A stretch of DNA of 64,000 nt, taken from positions 5,536 to 69,535 of the forward strand of contig JBGQIE010000001.1 in NCBI GenBank assembly GCA_041498315.1, given 5' to 3'. The position numbers and the translations under genes are program-made. Below are positions 59,423 to 64,000 of this stretch, piece after piece; the first letter of the stretch is position 1, and each line of letters starts with the position of its first letter. The stretch is from Candidatus Eiseniibacteriota bacterium (GTDB taxonomy: Bacteria; Eisenbacteria; RBG-16-71-46). The notes beneath the pieces were generated by a model. That model did no database searches. It saw only the letters and a program-made list of their open reading frames with translations, and was not told the DNA's origin.

Positions 59423-60344
59423 GCCGCCCGCGGAAACGCCGGCGCTGCGCCGCGAGCTTCAGCGCCTCGCCGGGGCGGCGCTCGCCGGCGCCTTGTTCGC
59501 GGGCGCCGGGGCCGCGGCCCTCGGGCTGACGCTCGACCTGCTCCCGCATGCCGGGGGCCCGGCCCCCGCGGCGGCGCAAGGCCTGCGTAACTTCCTGAAC
59601 GCCGGCGGCTGGGTGCGCCTGCCGCTGTGGGGAGCCACATGGGGCGCCCTGCGTGCGCTGACCTGGAGCCGCGAGACGCGCGCCCGGGTGATGGCGCTCG
59701 TGGTCGCCTTCGCCGCCCTCGCGCTCGCGGTGCTCCCGCGCCCCTATGCGATCGCGCCCGAGGGGACGCCGGTGGGCGGCGCGCCCACGAGCGCCTGGCG
59801 CGGCGGCTCCGGGATCGGGGCCAAGTCCATGGCGATCCGCCGCGGGGCCTATGCGTCGCTCGCGGGCGTGCGGGGGATCCTGGCCCTCCGCGGTGATCGG
59901 AGCCCGCTCATCCGCGAGCAGGTGGCCCTGGCGCTCGGGGTCAACCTGGTCGTGAGCGACTTCGAGCACTCGGCGCCGGGCCATCCCTCCCGCTACGCGT
60001 CCCTTCCCCTGCGCGACAGCCTGCGCGCGGGACTCATGGTCCTGCTCCGCGACTCCGTGGAAGCGGTGCGGGCCGAAGCGGCTCGTGCGCTGTGGAAGGC
60101 GCCGCGCACGTTCGGGACCGTGCCCGCGGCCGCCGAGACGCTCGTTGCGGTGCTCGACCGCGCCGGGCGGCCGGGGGTGCCCGAGCGGCTCGCCTGGCTC
60201 GCGCTCGATGCCGCGGCCGGCGCGCCCCATCCCGGTCTGCGCGGCGCGGCGGCACGGTTCGCCGCCACGACCACCGACTCCGAGCTGAGACGCGCGGCGC
60301 GCCTTGCAGCCGGAGATGCGCCGCGATCGCGGGGCGGGCCGTGA
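59403..60344 (+). CDS. hypothetical membrane-anchored protein with HEAT-like repeats
   Basis: N-terminal hydrophobic segments, then repeated ...VRAEAARAL... helices. Confidence 0.45.
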   Translation: MTRPGPEPPAETPALRRELQRLAGAALAGALFAGAGAAALGLTLDLLPHAGGPAPAAAQGLRNFLNAGGWVRLPLWGATWGALRALTWSRETRARVMALVVAFAALALAVLPRPYAIAPEGTPVGGAPTSAWRGGSGIGAKSMAIRRGAYASLAGVRGILALRGDRSPLIREQVALALGVNLVVSDFEHSAPGHPSRYASLPLRDSLRAGLMVLLRDSVEAVRAEAARALWKAPRTFGTVPAAAETLVAVLDRAGRPGVPERLAWLALDAAAGAPHPGLRGAAARFAATTTDSELRRAARLAAGDAPRSRGGP

Positions 60345-61117
60345 GCCTCCTCCACGACCTGGCCCGCGCGCTCGTGCCGCCGCGATTCCGGCCCGCGGTG
60401 AGGGGCCTGCGCTCGCTCGCCTACCTGGGCCGGGCGCGGCAGTGCCCGTGCTGCGGTGGCTGGTTCCGGCGCTTCCTGCCCGCGGGCCGCCCGCCCCGCC
60501 CGGATGCGGCCTGCCCCCGCTGCGGCTCGCTCGAGCGCCACCGCCTGCTGTGGCTCTATCTCGGGGCGCGCGCCGCGCTCCTTCAGCCTCCCGTCCGGCT
60601 GCTGAGCATCGCGCCCGAAGTCCAGCTTCAGGCGCGGATGCGCAAGCTTCCCGGGATCCGCTACCTGAGCGGCGACCTCGAATCGCCGTTCGCCATGGTG
60701 CGCATGGATCTGCTCGCGCTCCCGCTGCGCGACCGGAGCTTCGAGGCCGTCATCTGCAGCCACGTCCTCGAGCACGTCGCGAGCGTCGAGCGCAGCCTGG
60801 CGGAGATCCACCGCGTGCTCGCGCCCGGCGGCTGGGCGATCCTCCAATCCCCGATCGACCCCGCGCGCGCGACCACCTTCGAGGATGCGACGGTGACTTC
60901 GCCCGAGGAGCGCGCGCGCGTGTTCGGACAGCGCGACCACGTACGCATCTTCGGCCGCGACTACCCTCTCCTGCTCGCGCGGGCGGGATTCGAAGTGAAA
61001 GTGGACGGCTTCGCTCGCGAGCAGGGGACGGCGTGGGCCGCGCTCCACGGATTGGACCCGCGGGAGGACATCTTCCTCTGTCTCAAACGCCCGCTCGCGC
61101 CGGCGGCCGCCGGCTGA
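60341..61117 (+). CDS. class I SAM-dependent methyltransferase with N-terminal zinc-ribbon (CPCCG...CPRCGS)
   Basis: Four-Cys ribbon followed by a Methyltransf_11-like core (VLEHV, VLAPGGWAIL). The GTG start overlaps the upstream stop. Confidence 0.7.
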   Translation: MSLLHDLARALVPPRFRPAVRGLRSLAYLGRARQCPCCGGWFRRFLPAGRPPRPDAACPRCGSLERHRLLWLYLGARAALLQPPVRLLSIAPEVQLQARMRKLPGIRYLSGDLESPFAMVRMDLLALPLRDRSFEAVICSHVLEHVASVERSLAEIHRVLAPGGWAILQSPIDPARATTFEDATVTSPEERARVFGQRDHVRIFGRDYPLLLARAGFEVKVDGFAREQGTAWAALHGLDPREDIFLCLKRPLAPAAAG

Positions 61118-61135
61118 GCCCCCCGGGGAGAGGCC

Positions 61136-63787
61136 TCACTCCTCGCCACACTCCCGCTTCCAGGCGGCGATGCGGTTGAGCGCCTCGAGCGGGGTCAGGG
61201 TCTCGAGGTCGAGCGCGCGCAACGCCTGGACGACCGGGTGAGCACCGGGACTGAAGAGCGGCATCTGCGGCGTGGCCGGCGGGCGGATGCGCGTCTTCCC
61301 CCGCGCCGGCTCCAGATGCTCGACCGTGCGCTCGTTCTCGAGCTCGTGGAGCACCTCGGCCGCGCGGGCCAGCACGCGCTCGGGCAGCCCCGCGAGCCGC
61401 GCGACGTGGATGCCGTAGGAGCGATCGGCGGCGCCCTCGGCGATGCGGTGGAGGAACACGACGGTGCCGCCCGACTCGCGCGCGGCCACGTGCACGTTGA
61501 CGAGCCGCGGCAGGTGCTCGGCGAGCTGCGTGAGCTCGTGGTAGTGGGTGGCGAACACGGTGCGCGGGCGCGGGCCGTCGGCGGCGTGGAGCTGCTCGGT
61601 GACCGCCCAGGCGAGCGCCAGGCCGTCGTAGGTCGCGGTTCCGCGTCCGACCTCGTCGAGCAACACCAGCGAGCGCGGCGACGCCGAGCGCAGGATGTCG
61701 GCGGTCTCGCTCATCTCGACCATGAACGTGCTCTGCCCGGCCCCCAGGCGATCGACGGCGCCCACGCGCGTGAACAGCCGGTCGACCCAGCCGATCTCGG
61801 CGCGCGCCGCGGGCACGAACGAGCCGGCCTGGGCGAGCAGCACGATGAGCGCCACCTGGCGCAGGTAGGTGCTCTTGCCGCCCATGTTGGGCCCGGTGAG
61901 GAGCAGGATCTGGCGCGCGGCCCCGTCGAGCCGGCAATCGTTGGGCACGAACTCGCCGCGGGCGAGCAGACGCTCGACCACCGGGTGGCGCGCGCCCTCG
62001 AGCGTCAGGCGGTCGGATTCGGTCATCACGGGCCGGGTCCAGCCGAAGCGCGCCGCGGCCTCGGCGAGCGCCGCGTGGGCGTCGAGCTCGGCGATGGCGT
62101 CGGCGGCGCGCTGGAGCGCGGGCACGAAGACGGCCGCGCGATCGCGCAGCTCCACGAACAGATCGTGCTCGCGCGCCTTGAGCTTCTCCTCGGCGCCCAG
62201 CACCTCGCTCTCCTTGGCCTTGAGACCGGGGGTGACGAAGCGCTCGGCGGTGGTCAGGGTCTGGCGCCGTTCGTAGTCCGTCGGCACTTTGTCGAGGTGT
62301 GGGCGCGTGACCTCGAGGTAGTACCCGAACACGCGGTTGAACCCCACCTTGAGGCTGCCGATGCCGCTACGGACGCGCTCCCCGGCCTCGAGGTCGGCGA
62401 TCCAGCGCTTGCCGGAATGGGCGAGATCGTCGAGCTGGTCGCGCACCGCGTCGTAGCCGGGCCGCATGATGCCGCCATCGCGCGCGATCGCGGGTGGATC
62501 GTCCACCAGGGCGCGGCCGAGGAGGGTCTCGAGCTCCTCGAAGCTGGTGAGGTGTTCGAGGGCGCCCACGGTGAGCTCCGGGGCGAGGAAGGCGAGCGGG
62601 GCGGCGATCGCCGGCAGCCGGGCGAGCGTTCCCCGCAGCGCGCCCAGGTCGCGCGGCGTCGCCTTCGCGCACGCGAGCCGGGCGGTGAGCCGCTCGAGAT
62701 CGGGCAGCCCGGCCAAGGCTTCGCGCAGTACTGCGCGCGTCGTTCCCGCCTCGAGCCAGGCCCCCACCTGATCGTGGCGCCGCGCGAGCGGCGCGAGATC
62801 GGCGAGCGGCCGCTCGAGCCAGCCGCGCAGCCGGCGGCCCCCGGGCGCGGTCGCGCACAGATTGAGGTGCCGCCACAGCGTATGGGTACTCTCGCCGCCC
62901 GGCTGGGGCTGGAACAGCTCGAGATGGCGCGCCGTGGCGGCGTCGTAGCGCAGAGTGTGCTCGTCGAGCCAGCGCTCGAGGCGCGTGAGCTGGCGCGCCC
63001 GCCCACCCGCCATGCGGTCGAGGTAGTCGAGCGCCGCGGTGAGCGCGCGCGCCGCCTGGGGCAGGTCGGCGAGGGTGGCGGCGGCATCGGGGCCGAGCCG
63101 CTCGGGCAGCGCGAGGGCGGCGTCCCCGGCGGCGAAGCGCGCGGCCGGCACCGGGCTCACCGCGCCGGCGAGGCCGCGCAGCGCCCCCTCGAGGCGGGCG
63201 GCCGGCGCCGCCTCGAGCCCGAGCGGGATGAGCCATTCCGAGATCGCGCGGCGCGCGAGCCAGCCCGGCGCCTCGATCCAGTCCACCTCCGCGAGCTTGA
63301 TCTCGCCCGTCGAGGCGTCCGCCAGGCACACGCCCAGATGATCCTCGCCCGGCCACAGCGCGGCGAGGAAGTTGTTGGCGGAGGTTTCGAGGAACGCCTC
63401 GCCGGTCACCGATCCCGGAGTGAGGATCTCGGTGACCGCGCGCTCGACCAGGCCCCGCGCCTGGGAGGCGTCCTCGACCTGGTCGCACACCGCGACCTTG
63501 CGGCCCAGTCGCAGCAGGCGGGCGATGTAGGCGTCGCGCTGATGCCACGGCACGCCGCACATCGGAATGGGATCGGGATCCTGCTTGTTTCTCGAGGTGA
63601 GGGTCAGGCCGAGCAGGGCGGCGCCGGCGACGGCATCGTCGAAGAACATCTCGTAGAAATCGCCGAGCCTGAAGAACAGGAAGGCGTCGGGATGCTCGGC
63701 CTTGACGCGCGCGTACTGCTCCATGAGCGGGCTGCGGGCGGCACCCGCGGCACCCGACCGCGAGCCCGCGGCGCGCGCGCGGCTCAT
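61136..63787 (-). CDS. mutS: DNA mismatch repair protein MutS
   Basis: LMEQYARVK...GDFYEMFFDDA N-terminus, Walker A GPNMGGKST, and STFMVEMSE. Confidence 0.95.
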   Translation of the reverse strand: MSRARAAGSRSGAAGAARSPLMEQYARVKAEHPDAFLFFRLGDFYEMFFDDAVAGAALLGLTLTSRNKQDPDPIPMCGVPWHQRDAYIARLLRLGRKVAVCDQVEDASQARGLVERAVTEILTPGSVTGEAFLETSANNFLAALWPGEDHLGVCLADASTGEIKLAEVDWIEAPGWLARRAISEWLIPLGLEAAPAARLEGALRGLAGAVSPVPAARFAAGDAALALPERLGPDAAATLADLPQAARALTAALDYLDRMAGGRARQLTRLERWLDEHTLRYDAATARHLELFQPQPGGESTHTLWRHLNLCATAPGGRRLRGWLERPLADLAPLARRHDQVGAWLEAGTTRAVLREALAGLPDLERLTARLACAKATPRDLGALRGTLARLPAIAAPLAFLAPELTVGALEHLTSFEELETLLGRALVDDPPAIARDGGIMRPGYDAVRDQLDDLAHSGKRWIADLEAGERVRSGIGSLKVGFNRVFGYYLEVTRPHLDKVPTDYERRQTLTTAERFVTPGLKAKESEVLGAEEKLKAREHDLFVELRDRAAVFVPALQRAADAIAELDAHAALAEAAARFGWTRPVMTESDRLTLEGARHPVVERLLARGEFVPNDCRLDGAARQILLLTGPNMGGKSTYLRQVALIVLLAQAGSFVPAARAEIGWVDRLFTRVGAVDRLGAGQSTFMVEMSETADILRSASPRSLVLLDEVGRGTATYDGLALAWAVTEQLHAADGPRPRTVFATHYHELTQLAEHLPRLVNVHVAARESGGTVVFLHRIAEGAADRSYGIHVARLAGLPERVLARAAEVLHELENERTVEHLEPARGKTRIRPPATPQMPLFSPGAHPVVQALRALDLETLTPLEALNRIAAWKRECGEE

Positions 63788-64000
63788 GGTCGCGACCGCG
63801 GCGAGAGAGGCGCGCCGGCGGGTTCGCCCTCGAGGCCCACGCCCTGGGCTTCGAAGCTGCGCGGGTAGTCCCGCCGCAGCCGCTCGCGCGCGTTACGGGC
63901 CACGGCCGCCTGGCCCAGCCGCGCGGCGAGGGTGGCGAGCTGCTCGAGGGCCGCGGCGCCCGCTTCGCCGGGCCGGTTGACGACCAGCCGGGAGAGCAGC
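63784..64000 (-). CDS. hypothetical protein, 3' end only (partial at window edge)
   Basis: Minus-strand frame ending ...PLSPRSRP-TGA, overlapping the mutS ATG (ATGA). No domain recognisable in 72 aa. Confidence 0.35.
   Translation of the reverse strand, partial: LLSRLVVNRPGEAGAAALEQLATLAARLGQAAVARNARERLRRDYPRSFEAQGVGLEGEPAGAPLSPRSRP

Overview
This is a roughly 70% GC bacterial chromosomal window, almost entirely coding, carrying about 60 genes and three tRNAs. The backbone is clearly housekeeping: mutS; mutL-miaA; fhs; der-plsY-gpsA; rpoD-like sigma factor with acyP; apt; cspA; pcm-surE; pfp; msrA; and tRNA-Pro(CGG), tRNA-Pro(GGG) and tRNA-Gly(CCC). Accessory-looking parts are interleaved with it: two P-type ATPases (a copper-type CPH P1B and a P2-type cation pump) with a GNAT gene and an orphan gene between them; transporters (MATE, AmpG-like MFS, another MFS); two two-component systems (LytS/LytTR preceded by LiaF-like small membrane proteins, and a periplasmic protein + NtrB-like kinase + sigma-54 activator); an ECF sigma; and a 7.6-kb minus-strand operon of SpoIVB-like S55 peptidase, Reg_prop/Y_Y_Y propeller protein, GT87-like membrane glycosyltransferase, DUF4910/M28-like protein and PPC-domain protein. 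The most notable call is at 5631..6218 (-): a thioredoxin-fold gene whose frame runs through an in-frame TGA at the position of the first redox cysteine (U-G-G-C), with a hairpin starting 11 nt downstream. This is a candidate selenoprotein with a bacterial SECIS-like element. Other observations are a 9-12-9 direct repeat with LytTR-site geometry upstream of the LiaF-like/LytS/LytTR operon, a degenerate GGDEF (RPGFF) protein with an AT-rich palindrome in its promoter region, an orphan gene translationally coupled to the P2 ATPase, two paralogous tRNA-Pro genes bracketing a four-gene operon, and a pseudoknot-capable leader before the homocysteine-methyltransferase/MTHFR fusion gene. Many long ORFs in the six-frame track are antisense shadows of real genes, as expected at this GC content, and were not called. 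No CRISPR arrays, transposases or integrases were seen.
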